From assembly GCA_016703425.1 (NCBI GenBank), contig JADJCA010000011.1, forward strand, positions 1 to 58,049: a stretch of 58,049 nt of DNA, in the 5' to 3' direction. The DNA is from Myxococcales bacterium (GTDB lineage: Bacteria > Myxococcota_A > Polyangia > Polyangiales > Polyangiaceae). Shown here one piece after another: positions 18,619-29,198 of the stretch. Positions within the stretch are counted from its first letter, which is position 1; each line of letters begins with the position of its first letter. The notes below the pieces were generated by a model. The model was given only the letters and a program-made list of their open reading frames with translations. It was not told the DNA's origin and did no database searches. The position numbers and the translations under genes were made by a program.

Positions 18619-19917
18619 TCACCGTACACCCAGGCACGCGTATTCGAGGTTGGGGCAAGGGTTCATCTCGCCCGCCTGAAGGCCCGGACGCACCGGCCCA
18701 ACCGTGGCGGGCACTGCGGTGAAGGTCATCCCCACCGAGAGATGGGTGCAATCACCACCCGGCGTGTCAGCGAGGTCGGCGAGCTCACAGGCCGTGTTCC
18801 GGACCAACGCCTGGATTGCCTCGTTTTTGCACAGGGGCTCGAAGGTACCGTCGATCATCATGGATTGCTTCGAGAGCTGCTCCACCAAGTTGCTGACGAG
18901 CACTCGCCCCGCGAGATTGCCCCGCTGGATGTGCCATTCATCACCGATCAGGCGAAGCTCGCCGGTGAGTTGAACGTGCTCGACCGCAATGGGCGCGAGG
19001 AGCGGGACGAGCACCGTGGAGGGGGTGCCGGCTTCGCGCGGCGCGGCAGCGACGATGAGCAGGCCACCGCGCACGTAGCCGTCGACGGAGTACTTGGGAA
19101 CCATGAAGGTTGCCGACTCGACGCTGTTGGGATCCACGTACCAAGTACGGAGCGACTTGCCGTCCCAATACTCCCGAAGGTTAGACGGAATGAAGCCGCC
19201 GTCGGAGCGGAGCGGCTCCACCGGCGCCGTCGTCCCGGCGATGCCGGAGGCGACAAAAAAGGACACGGAGACATCATCGTCGTCTTCACGGCCGTTGTAG
19301 CCAGCCACGCGAAGGATGACGTTGCCCACGCCGTTCTTGAGCACCGAGTTGGGCTCGATCTGTCGTCGGTCGACGCCGGGAATGGAGCCCAAAAACTCGG
19401 GCCCAAACGCGCGCCCGAGCGCGTTGTCGACGCCGCCAGGGAAATCACACGGATTGTGCCGGCGCATCTTGTTGCTGCACGAAGGACCGAACACGCAGCC
19501 TTCGCCGGCGGGGCAAGCGGAGATGGCGATCTGTTGACCTTGCGAGTCGATGCAGGTCGTCCTCTTGTCCAAGTTGAAGCCGGGCACCGGGCACGTCGTC
19601 GCGCCGGCGTCGTTCCGTGCGTCCGCCACCAGCGAGCCAAAGACAAGATCGACGGAGATGTCACCTCCCCCAGGTAGCACCGTGTCGAGGGGCGGAGGCA
19701 TCTCCGCCGAGCACGCCTGAGAGACGGGACGCGGCGCGCCCGCGTCGACGCTCGCGGTGGCAGCGACGCGAAACCCCTCGAGCGGTACGACGACCTGGCA
19801 AGCGGCGATGGCCGCCAAGAGGGCCCCGGCCCAAGACGCCAGCGCGAGCGCGCGCCGCAGCGGCACGATCCCCGCCCGCTGTCGTCGACGCGCCACCATC
19901 GACGCAGCGTAGCCCAA
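18619..19917 (-). CDS. secreted protein, function unknown
   Basis: 432-aa intact ORF. The N-terminal signal and TM-like segment is LALASWAGALLAAIAAC. Multiple Cys, no recognisable catalytic motif. Confidence 0.55.
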   Translation of the reverse strand: MGYAASMVARRRQRAGIVPLRRALALASWAGALLAAIAACQVVVPLEGFRVAATASVDAGAPRPVSQACSAEMPPPLDTVLPGGGDISVDLVFGSLVADARNDAGATTCPVPGFNLDKRTTCIDSQGQQIAISACPAGEGCVFGPSCSNKMRRHNPCDFPGGVDNALGRAFGPEFLGSIPGVDRRQIEPNSVLKNGVGNVILRVAGYNGREDDDDVSVSFFVASGIAGTTAPVEPLRSDGGFIPSNLREYWDGKSLRTWYVDPNSVESATFMVPKYSVDGYVRGGLLIVAAAPREAGTPSTVLVPLLAPIAVEHVQLTGELRLIGDEWHIQRGNLAGRVLVSNLVEQLSKQSMMIDGTFEPLCKNEAIQALVRNTACELADLADTPGGDCTHLSVGMTFTAVPATVGPVRPGLQAGEMNPCPNLEYACLGVR

Positions 19918-19997
19918 CGTGCCCCTTCGGCGGAACGACCGCCCTCACGCCGGCCCCCTCCGCTCGGCTACCATGGTCGGCTCGCCCGACTGAAACC

Positions 19998-22900
19998 ATG
20001 AGTCACGACGATCACTGGCTCGAGCGCCTCGACCTGCACGCGTTGCGGGCGCTCCTCGGAAAGCGCGAGCTCGAGCACGCGCTGTTGGGCCGGCTTGTCT
20101 ACGTGGAGCCGCCGCGCATGACGAGCGATGGGCGCGTCTTTGCGACGATGGGCGACGCGTCGGGCGAGGGCCCCGCGGCCCTCGGAAAGAACGTCATGGG
20201 GCTCTCGCGCGTCACGCTCTTTCTCGCCGAACGCGAGGGCGCGCTGCGCGGTGACTGCTCTCGGTGCTTCACCCCCTTTGGGCCGTGCCTGCACATGGCG
20301 CAACTGGCCGTCGATCTCGCCGCCTCAAGGCCGCTCCGGGTGGCCCTGCAGACGGGCGCCGACGCGGCGCGCGCGTTTGGCGCCATGCCGAACCATCGCG
20401 AAGAGCGCCGGCTCGAGGCGATGGTGGACGCGACGCTAGAGAGCTGGCTCGGCCCCGGCGACGGAGCCGTGGTGACGCGCCTCGACATCGCAGCCACGGG
20501 CCATGGCGCCGACGAGACGGTGGGTGTGGCCTATGGCGACGCCGCCGCGCGCCGCACGCCGAGCCTCTCGCTCGCCGTGCGTGTTTATGGCGAAAAGAGG
20601 CTCGTGGGCGCGCGCGATCTCGCCCGCCTGCGCCTCTCGCCACGAGACCGCAACGTGGTGCGCTACGCCGAGGAGACCTCGGGAAAGAAGACCATCGCGG
20701 TGCGCGGTGCCTTCGCCTCGTTGACCCTCGAGGCCATGCGTCAACACGGCGGCGTCTTCGGCGCGGGCTTCAAGGCCCCGTTGGACTTTCGGTCGCCCGT
20801 CGTAAGGCCGTCGCTGGTGACGACGGCGACCTCCGTCGAAGGCGACGGCGCGCGCTCCGCCACCAAATTGCGAGCGCGCTGGGTGGCCGACGGCGGCCTC
20901 TCCATCGGCTTCGGCGACGCGCTCTTCTTTCCCGGGCCTTACCCCTTCATCTGGACGCGCGAAGGCGCCCTCTATCGCGTGGCGCGTGACGTCGACGTGG
21001 ACGTCGCGAGTCGCTTGGAGGGGGCGCCGGAGCTGGTGATCCCCCATGGGCGCTTGGCCAACGTGGGCGGTCAGCTCCTTCGCTCGCTCCGTTCGGCCGG
21101 CGTTTCTCTTCCCGCGAGCGACACCTTTGGGCTGCCCCACGTGGAGCGGCCTCGCGTGATTCTCCGCCTCTCCGGTGAGCCTCTCGACTTCCAAGGCGAG
21201 CTCATCGCCGTCTACGCGCACGGCGAAGTCCCGCTTTTCGGACCAGCAGTGACGCGCGCAGCAGCGCCGCGCGACGAACAGGCCGAAGCCGACGCGCGCG
21301 CCCTGGCGGAGCGCGTGGGTCTCGTGGCACCAGCCGACGGCGAAGACACCCTCGACCCAAAGGCCGCAGTGGTCGGCGCCGCCGGCGAGCAGGCGGTGCA
21401 ATTCTGGCAGAAGGGACTCCTCGAGCTTCGCGCGTGCGAAGAGCCACGCGTCGAGACGGCGCTGAGCGAGCGCCTCGCGCGCGTGCGCCTTGGCTCGGCC
21501 ATTCAATCGCGCGTCCACGTCGCCCTCGAAGGCAACTGGCTCGGCACGCGCCTCGAGTTCACCGCCCACGACGTCCCCGTCGAACTCGCCGACATCCAGA
21601 GGGCGCTTCAGCGGAAGCACCGCTACGTGCCCCTCGACGACGGCACGCTGGCCAAGATCACCGAGTCTGTCGAGGCGCTCGTCGAAGAGGCCCGCGAGGT
21701 CATGGGGGCGAAGAGCGAAGCGCGCCTCGCAGCGCATCAGTTGGGCCGCGTCGAACGATGGCTCGAAGAGAACGACGGCCGCATGGACGCGTCGGTGGAA
21801 GGCCTACGGCAGCGGCTGCGCTCGCTCCGGATCGCCGAGCCGGACTTGCCTCAGTCTCTCACGGGGACCTTGCGTCCCTACCAAGAGCGAGGCCTCGCGT
21901 GGCTGCAATTTCTGAAGGCCCTCGGAGCGGGCGGCATCCTCGCCGACGACATGGGCCTCGGGAAGACCATCACGACGCTCGCGCTGCTGGCTCAATGGAA
22001 GGAGGCGGAAGGGCACGCGCCGTCGCTCGTTGTCGCGCCGACCTCCGTCGCGTCCAACTGGCTGCACGAGATCAAGCGATTCGCGCCGAGCTTGCGCGCC
22101 CACCTGCTCCATGGGCCCCGCAGCAGCCGCACGGCGGAACGCATCTCGGGTCACGACGTCGTCGTCACCACGTACGGCGTTTTGCGGCGCGACGTCGAAT
22201 GGCTCTCGGCGATTCGATTTCGCGCGTTGGTGCTCGACGAGGCGCAACAAGTCAAGAACGCCGATGCGGCGACGAGGCGCGCCGCCGCGCGTATCGATGC
22301 CGACGTGCGACTCGCGCTCTCGGGCACGCCGGTAGAAAATCGCCTGCGCGAGCTCTGGTCGATCGCGAGCCTGGTAAACCCGGGCATGCTCGGGAGCGTC
22401 AAGTCCTTCGAGCGACGCTACGAGCGCCCCGTGGCCACGGACGTCACGAGTCCGAGGGCCCAAGAGCTGAAGGGCCTGATGCGGCCCTTCTTGCTGCGCC
22501 GAACGAAGAGCGACGTCTTGCCGGAGCTGCCGCCCAAGACGGAGATGAATCGCTTCGTGACGTTGACCAAGGAGAACCGTCGCCTCTACGACGCCCTCGC
22601 GCTCACGCTCCGCGACTCGGTGCGTCGCGCCTTCGAAGACAAGGGCGAGGTGGGCACGCTGACGGTCTTTACAGCGCTCTTGCGCCTCAGACAGATGGCT
22701 TGCGATCCGCGGCTCGTCGACCCAAGCAAGCCCGCGGCCATGAGCGCGAAGCGGGAGGCCTTTCTTGAGCTGGTGCACGAGCTCGCGCGCGAAGGGCGGC
22801 GGGCCCTCGTGTTCTCTCAGTTCGTGGAGCTGCTCACGCTTTGGCGACGCGACCTCGACCTCGCCGGGATCCGCTACGAATACCTCGACGGGCGAACGCG

Positions 22901-23554
22901 CAAGCGTGACGTCCCCATCGAGCGCTTTCAGAACGGTGACGCGACGCTCTTTCTCATCTCGCTGAAGGCCGGGGTGCCGGCCTCAACCTCACAGCCGCCG
23001 ACACGGTGATTCACTGCGACCCCTGGTGGAACCCGGCGGTGGAGGATCAAGCCACGGACCGCGCCTATCGCATCGGGCAAGACAAGCCGGTGACCGTGGT
23101 GCGGCTCTTGGCCGCCGGCACCGTCGAAGAGAAGATCCTCTCGCTCAAGGCGAAGAAGCGCGCCATCGTGAACGCCGTCGTGGACGATCGCGCGCGCGCC
23201 CTCGAGGGCCTCGGCGAAGACGATGTCCTCGCGCTGCTGGGGGACGTGGAGCGAGTCGCCGCGTCGGACGACGAGACCGACGGACGAGCCGCACTCCCCA
23301 CCGACACCATCGCAACCGACTCCGCCGTCGTGGATCCGCTCTTCGAGGACCTCGTCTTGGGCGCACGGCGTTGGCTCGAGACGACCGGCGGCTTCGAGTC
23401 TGAGCTGGCGACGATCCTCGAGCTGCCGGTCCCTTTTGCGTCGCGCCTCGCGCGCGGCGAGCCGTTCCCTTGCTCACGGAAGGTCGCGGACCGTGTTCAT
23501 GAGCGGCTGGCGCTCTTTTGGCGCGGCCTTCCGACCCGAGAAGAGGCCGTTTGA
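19998..23554 (+). CDS. SNF2-family DNA-dependent ATPase/helicase with N-terminal SWIM-type zinc finger (one frameshift near 22975)
   Basis: The N-terminus has [17 protein letters not shown] (CxC...CxH, SWIM-like). The helicase core has [18 protein letters not shown] (motif I), [20 protein letters not shown] (motif II), [10 protein letters not shown] and a [10 protein letters not shown]-lobe. The frame then switches from ...[11 protein letters not shown] to 23006 ...[29 protein letters not shown] (motifs V–VI). ATG at 19998. Confidence 0.85.
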
Positions 23555-23595
23555 CGCTCCCCTTCCCGGTTCACGTCGCGTCGGGCAACCTTGCG

Positions 23596-24495
23596 GAGAT
23601 GGCGCGCGCCTCGCACTGGGCCTTCGCCACGGCGAGCGACGGTCCGCGGCTCTTGCTCGTCACGCCAACGGAAGAAGGCGAGCTTGCGGGCGCCTTCTCG
23701 GCCGCCGCTCCCAGCGCGTTGTCGCGCGCTTCCGGCGGCCCGGCGGTGCTCGCGGGCCCCGCGTCGCTTCACGTCATGCTCTCGCTTCCGCGCGAAGACA
23801 CGTGGCTCGCTTGCCCGCCGGACGCCATCCTGAACCGTCACGTGCGACCGCTCCTTCGCGCGCTGTCGCGGCTCGGCAGCCCGGCGAGCTACTTCGGCCG
23901 CGACTGGATCAGCGTTCGCCACCGTCCGGTGGCGCTCTTGGCCTTCGCACACGACGCGGCGTCACGGCGCACGCTCTTCGAGGCCTTCGTGGCCATCGCC
24001 GACCCTTTCGCGAGAGACGCCCGCTCGTCGTTCATGAACAAGAAGTCCGCGACGCTCGAGGAGGTCCTCGGCAAGAAGGTCGACAAGAAGGCGCTGACGG
24101 AGCACGTCGCCCGTGCCTACGGCGAGGCGGCCGGCGCGAGCGTGGAGCGGAGCGACGCGCCGCTGACCGATCTGTTGGGCGACTGGCAAGTAGCGCCGCC
24201 ACGCGCGCGCGCATTAGCCTGGGCTGAGACCGTCGCGGCCCCCATCGGCGTTGTGGGCATGGCGGATTGCGACGGGGGCGTTCGCCTCGGCGGCGACTTC
24301 ATGCTTTCGAGCGATGTCGCGGCCGCCATCGAGGGGAAGCTCGCGCCACAAGCAGGCGCCGCGGAGCTCGAGGCTCTCGTGCTCGACCTCTTAACGGTGA
24401 CCGACGCGGCCCTCTACGGGTTCCGCTCCAAAGAGGAATTTGCCCAGCTCGTCGTGCAGCTTCACGCGAAGCTCAATAGGAAAACTGCCCCATGA
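23596..24495 (+). CDS. hypothetical protein (very tentative resemblance to the biotin/lipoate-protein-ligase catalytic fold)
   Basis: ORF 23518..24495. The start was chosen at MARASHW to avoid overlap with the SNF2 gene. It contains ...YFGRDWISVRHRPVALLAFAHDAASRRTLFEAFVAI.... I cannot anchor it to a family from sequence alone. Confidence 0.4.
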   Translation, partial: EMARASHWAFATASDGPRLLLVTPTEEGELAGAFSAAAPSALSRASGGPAVLAGPASLHVMLSLPREDTWLACPPDAILNRHVRPLLRALSRLGSPASYFGRDWISVRHRPVALLAFAHDAASRRTLFEAFVAIADPFARDARSSFMNKKSATLEEVLGKKVDKKALTEHVARAYGEAAGASVERSDAPLTDLLGDWQVAPPRARALAWAETVAAPIGVVGMADCDGGVRLGGDFMLSSDVAAAIEGKLAPQAGAAELEALVLDLLTVTDAALYGFRSKEEFAQLVVQLHAKLNRKTAP

Positions 24496-26002
24496 GCGAG
24501 AGCACTTCACTCTGACGCGTGGATGCGGGCGCCGGCGAAGAAGGCGCGTGGGTGCGGTCGAGCACGTGATCGAACTCGAGCACGACGCGGGCGACGCGGC
24601 CCATGTTCCGAGCGAGCGCGACGGCGAAGGTGTGCCGTGAATCGTCGGGCTCCGACGCGTCGGGCGTGTACGTGTCGTAGCGGATGCCGAGGGTCAGGGC
24701 GCGGAGATCCTGCTCCAGTCGCAGCCATGCGCTACGGGGATCGAAGTTCGGCAGCCCCGGCCCGTCGGCGGGGAGCGCGAGCAGGAATGGATAGGCCACG
24801 CCTCGATCCATATTTCGACCGACGACGACCTCGCCGGAGATGCGCGTCTCGGGAAAGTTGCGCGATACGCGACCACGAAAGAGCGCGTCGATCACGAGCG
24901 CGGCGCGGGGCCGCTGCTGCACGCGAAACGTCTGCGCGTTGACGACCTGACCCTGGCCTCCATAGCCACCGACGCCCACCTCAAAACGCTTGAGGTCGAG
25001 GGCGACGCGAGCCGTGACGTCTTTGGTCTTGTTGAGGTCGGGCGTGCGACCGAAGGTCGGCTCGCCAACGGCTACGCCGTTGACGACGGCGAGATCAACC
25101 GTGAGGCCCACGGAGGGCACGCGCCGCCGGAAGCGGACGCCCATGTCGGCGTCTTCAGGGAACATGGCTCGCGTCCCCCACGCTCGCTCCACGAAGATGC
25201 GGGCGGCGTGTGGCTCCGCGAGATCGCGGCTGAAGGGCACAGGAAAGAGGCCGGCGCCGACCTCGTAGCGCGGAACCCGCTCGCGCGTGGAGGCCATCAA
25301 CTCGATGCGACGAGCGATGGTGCCGCTCGCTGGATTTTCCCGGTCCGCGAGGTTGGGATCGATCTCAAAGACGGCGCCGAAGGGCGAGCTCGTGCGGAGC
25401 GTGAGGCCAAGCCGCGCGCGGCGCAGCCGAAACGTGGCGCGATTGGTGGTGCTGCCGTCGCCGCGCCCCAAAGTGGTGTTGGGCAAAACGCCTTCGGGGA
25501 GGGTGCCGTCGGGCCCGGCGTTCGGCGTTGAAGACGCGTCGAAGATCTCCCAGGCCAGCTGAGGCTGGAGAAGCATCGTCACGCGGACCTTGGCGTGGTG
25601 ACCACCGATGCTGAGACCTTCGTCGTCTGCGTCGTCGTCGCCGGGCCTCGTGCAACCGCTCGGACGGCTCCACGGCGAAAGGTCGACGGCGGGGGGCGTG
25701 GGCAGCACGGTCGCTGGTGGCGCGCCCGCGTCGACAAAGGGATCGGGCCCCAGGGACGGGTCGACGGTTGTCGTTGGCGACGGGGCTGTTGGCGGCGGCG
25801 CTGTTGGCGAGGCGTCGACACCGGCGTCCGCGTCGGCGGCGATGGCGACGGGCGTGGCGCCGGCGTCGGCCGGCTCCGCCGACGCAACCCTCGAGACGAG
25901 AGCTGTCGCCGCGGCGAGCAGCGTCGCAAGGTGGAGCCTGCGAGCGGTGGAACGCGGGGCCGAGAGTGACCTCACGGAGTTCCCGCGGCGACGCGCTCCC
26001 AA
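24473..26002 (-). CDS. putative outer-membrane beta-barrel protein (porin-like)
   Basis: Signal peptide ATLLAAATALVSRVASAEP, a Pro/Thr-rich linker, then alternating amphipathic strands rich in G, R, V and Y. The C-terminus ...LSLMGQFSY has a terminal aromatic typical of OMPs. Its start overlaps the 3' end of the HD-GYP gene by about 30 nt. Confidence 0.5.
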   Translation of the reverse strand: MGARRRGNSVRSLSAPRSTARRLHLATLLAAATALVSRVASAEPADAGATPVAIAADADAGVDASPTAPPPTAPSPTTTVDPSLGPDPFVDAGAPPATVLPTPPAVDLSPWSRPSGCTRPGDDDADDEGLSIGGHHAKVRVTMLLQPQLAWEIFDASSTPNAGPDGTLPEGVLPNTTLGRGDGSTTNRATFRLRRARLGLTLRTSSPFGAVFEIDPNLADRENPASGTIARRIELMASTRERVPRYEVGAGLFPVPFSRDLAEPHAARIFVERAWGTRAMFPEDADMGVRFRRRVPSVGLTVDLAVVNGVAVGEPTFGRTPDLNKTKDVTARVALDLKRFEVGVGGYGGQGQVVNAQTFRVQQRPRAALVIDALFRGRVSRNFPETRISGEVVVGRNMDRGVAYPFLLALPADGPGLPNFDPRSAWLRLEQDLRALTLGIRYDTYTPDASEPDDSRHTFAVALARNMGRVARVVLEFDHVLDRTHAPSSPAPASTRQSEVLSLMGQFSY

Positions 26003-27936
26003 ACGCGTGCCTCGCGGAAGATGCGCACGAGGTCCACATCGAGGTGCCCGTCTTTGACGCCGAAGTCGAGGATGTCGAGCGCTCGATCGACGGGTATGGC
26101 GCGCTTGTAGGGCCGGTCGTTGGCCGTCAACGCGTCGTAGATGTCGGAGATGCTCATGAGCTTCGATTGCACGGGAATCTCTTCCGCGCGCAAGCGATTC
26201 GGATACCCGGTGCCGTTCAATCGCTCATGGTGCGCGCCGGCGATGATGGGCACGCGCCGGAAGGCTTTGCCCCACGGGATCTGCGAGAGAAACTTGAACG
26301 TGTGCGAGACGTGCGAGCGGATCTCGTCGAACTCTTCCGGCGTGAGCGAGCCTCGCTTCACGCTCAGCGAGCTCACCTCCGTCTCGTCGAGGAGCTGCTG
26401 CATCTCGCCGCGCAGGTCCGTGTAGGTCTCGCGCGCGAGGCGCTCGATGGTGGCGAAGTCGCCCTCCTGAAGCACCGTGGGCTCGTTGGCGTGAAGCACC
26501 GCGGTGTAAGCCGCCTCTATCTCGAGACGCCGCTCCACGAGCTCGCGCTCAAGCGCCTCCAACTCGGACTGCGCTCCGCCGCGCTCGAGCACGCGAAGCT
26601 TGCGGCCCACGATCTCCGCTTCCAGCGAGCGCACCACGAAGTCGAAGCGCCCGCGGATGAGCTCGAGCCGTTCGTCGAAGAGCTTCTTCGCCTTGACGAG
26701 GACCTTCTCGCGCACGCCGATCTTGCCGAAGTCGTGCAGGAGGCTCGCGTACTCGAGCTCGCGCAAGTCTTCGCGACTGAAGCGCGCGCTGGCGTAGGCG
26801 CCGTCGGGCACGCCGTCGACGATCTTCGCGAGCTCGACGGTGAGATCCGCCACGCGACGCGAGTGACCGCTCGTCGTCGGGTCGCGAGACTCGATGGCCT
26901 CGACGCTCGCCCGCACGAAGCCCTCGAAGAGCTTCTGGATCTCGTCGTAGAGCATCGTGTTCTCGAGCGAAACAGCGGCCTGCGCCGCGAGCATGCCGAG
27001 CAACTCTTCGCTGCGTTCGTCGAAGGCGATGACCTGGGCTTCGACGTCGGCGCGAGAACGGAGCTTCTCTTCCGGTTCGCGCTTCTTGTTGATGAGTTGG
27101 ATAACGCCGATGACCTCGTCGCGCTGCGAGACGAGCGGCATGGCCAACATCGATCGGGTCGAATATCCGATCTTTTCGTCGAAGCTCTTGTCGAACGAGT
27201 AGGGCGAGCCGGGCGGCAGCTCGTAGACGTTGGCGACGTTGACGGGCTTCTTGGTTAGCGCCGCGGCGCCGGCGATGGACCGCATCGAGATGGGCATCAC
27301 GAACTCGCGCGAGTCGAACGTGAGCGAGTCGTTTTGCGTCAACTTGAAGCGCAACATGGGGCGCTTTTCGTCGCCCTCGACGACGTAGATGCTGCCGGCG
27401 TCGGCGCCGGTGATGAAGCGACTCTTCTCGAGGATGATGCCGAGAAGCTTCGAGACGTCACGCTCGGTGCCCATCGAACGCGCGATGTTCAAGAGCTCAC
27501 CGAGCTCGATGCGATAGCGGTCGAGGCTCTTGCCGCGGCTCTCGGCGCGGGCTCGCGCCTCGAGCAACTCGAAGGCGCGCGACACCGCGACCGACAGCTC
27601 TTCCGACGACGGCGTCGCCGAGATCAAGCTCGCGAGCCCCTTGCCGACGACCGTCGTGGCGTCGGTGGCGGGGTGCCCCAGGAGCACCATCATGGCGCTC
27701 CCGTCGGCGAAGCGCTCCATGAGCGGCTTCATGAGATCGCGGCCCTTGTCCCATACGATCGCGGGCACGAGCAGCACCGCCAAGTCTCCACGCGAGAGCA
27801 AGAGGAGAAGCGGGTGAGGTCGCGTGCAACCAGTGGCGCCGAGCGATCCGCCGCGAATCGTCTGCGCGAGCCCGTCGAGCAGCTGCGCCAGCTCGGTGGC
27901 GGCCAGCGGTACCTCGAACGATTCGGCCGAGTTCAT
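25972..27936 (-). CDS. GAF-domain c-di-GMP phosphodiesterase of the HD-GYP type
   Basis: LLHDFGKIGV (HD motif) and HHERLNGTGYPNRL (GYP motif). Upstream GAF-like regions are DVSKLLGIILEKSRFITGADAGSIYVV and ...VIGVIQLINKK.... The N-terminal ~140 aa look like a degenerate receiver. Confidence 0.85.
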   Translation of the reverse strand: MNSAESFEVPLAATELAQLLDGLAQTIRGGSLGATGCTRPHPLLLLLSRGDLAVLLVPAIVWDKGRDLMKPLMERFADGSAMMVLLGHPATDATTVVGKGLASLISATPSSEELSVAVSRAFELLEARARAESRGKSLDRYRIELGELLNIARSMGTERDVSKLLGIILEKSRFITGADAGSIYVVEGDEKRPMLRFKLTQNDSLTFDSREFVMPISMRSIAGAAALTKKPVNVANVYELPPGSPYSFDKSFDEKIGYSTRSMLAMPLVSQRDEVIGVIQLINKKREPEEKLRSRADVEAQVIAFDERSEELLGMLAAQAAVSLENTMLYDEIQKLFEGFVRASVEAIESRDPTTSGHSRRVADLTVELAKIVDGVPDGAYASARFSREDLRELEYASLLHDFGKIGVREKVLVKAKKLFDERLELIRGRFDFVVRSLEAEIVGRKLRVLERGGAQSELEALERELVERRLEIEAAYTAVLHANEPTVLQEGDFATIERLARETYTDLRGEMQQLLDETEVSSLSVKRGSLTPEEFDEIRSHVSHTFKFLSQIPWGKAFRRVPIIAGAHHERLNGTGYPNRLRAEEIPVQSKLMSISDIYDALTANDRPYKRAIPVDRALDILDFGVKDGHLDVDLVRIFREARVWERVAAGTP

Positions 27937-28020
27937 CGCGCGTAGTGTAACTGGATCTCGGGCCGCAGAGCCGCCTTTGGAGGCGCCTTTGCGCCTTTGC
28001 GAGGGCGCCGGGCGGCGCTC

Positions 28021-29168
28021 TCAGAGCATGCCCCGCGAGGTCGCGACGGCTGAAAGCTCCGGTCCGCGGCGGGCCAGCTCCTCCGGGTCCTTCACCGGCA
28101 GGAAACGACTCGTGCCCCCGTCGCGGGGGACCCGCACGTAGGCCGCGGGAAGCGCCCGGGTGAGCTCTTGAACGAGCCGCTCGAACTGGATGGCCTTGCG
28201 GCCGTGGGCCGCTTTCTCAACGCGAAACCAGGTCCAATCGATGGCCGCTTCGTCGAGCGCCGCTGCGTCGACAAGGAACGTGTTGGTGTTGAAGACCTTG
28301 ATGCGACTCGCATCAAAGCCCACCGGCAGACGGAACTCCTCGACCACTTGGAGTGTCCCTTCCGCGTGCACCGGCCCTCCCCCCTTGTCGAGCGGCGCCT
28401 TGTCGCACACTTCCACCATGACCTTCTTGCCGCGGTCACGCTGTTCCAAGAAGAGGCCCAGGATGACCGGGTCGACGGTCGCTCCCAGGTTGTCGAGGTT
28501 GGCGATCCACACGACGGTGCCGCCCGGGGAGAGGCGCGGTGCCGACGGAGCAATTCCGAGCGCCGAAGGGCGTCGGGAAGGTCGCCGTGGCCCGTGGCGT
28601 AGGTGCTGGGAGCCCCCGCATCGTCGCGGAAGAGCGCACCCTCGGGGGTCAAGCGCAAGGAGAGATCCTGAACGAACGGCTCGACATGCGCTCCGGCGCC
28701 GTACCGCTTGAGCGCGGCGGTGGTCGGTTCGTGGGTGGCATCGCTCGCCATCAACCAGAGGGGCACGGGTTTTCCGTAACGCCGGCCCACGGTCTCGTTC
28801 TCTCGAAGGCGCAGCTCCAGGAACGTGCGGCCACGGACCGCCGGCACGAGGGCCTTCACGACACCGCCCATGCGAGTGGCCATGCCGCCGGCGAGCACCA
28901 CCATGGCGACCTCGCCACGGGAAAGGGCCTCCTCGCCCCGAGCCCGGAGGCGCGCCTCCTCTGCGCCCGTGTCGGGAATGCGGAGGAGCTCGTCGTCGGC
29001 GGGCGGCTCAACGGGGCCCTTCAGGCGGTTCTGGTCGGCGAACGACGGGTCGAGGCGGTCGGCGAGCGCCAGGAATCGGAGCTCGTCGAAGCCGTGCGCC
29101 GCGAGACGAGCGCGGAGCGCCTCGGGGAGACCGGCCAGCTCGAGCGAGAGTGCATTGCGGGACGACAT
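28021..29168 (-). CDS. UDP-sugar pyrophosphorylase of the eukaryotic UDPGP family (UTP--glucose-1-phosphate uridylyltransferase-like), one frameshift near 28530
   Basis: Frame 28092..29315 has MVVLAGGMATRMGGVVKA (the nucleotide-binding loop of the UDPGP family) and ...LWLMASDATHEPT.... Frame 28021..28512 continues ...MWIANLDNLGATVDPVILGLF...KVFNTNTFLVDAAAL.... Start ambiguous (29204 or 29168). Confidence 0.7.
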
Positions 29169-29198
29169 GATCGGTCGATGGTACTCTTCGGAGGTCTC

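Noticed and set aside
20436-21737. 433-aa minus-strand ORF, and similar ones at 21804..22778, 25365..26039, 14339..15376, 2633..3841 and 8568..9365
   Set aside because: All lie antisense to well-supported genes (SNF2 helicase, porin, ppsR neighbourhood, lipoprotein, proC) and have Arg/Pro/Gly-dominated translations. Treated as non-coding.
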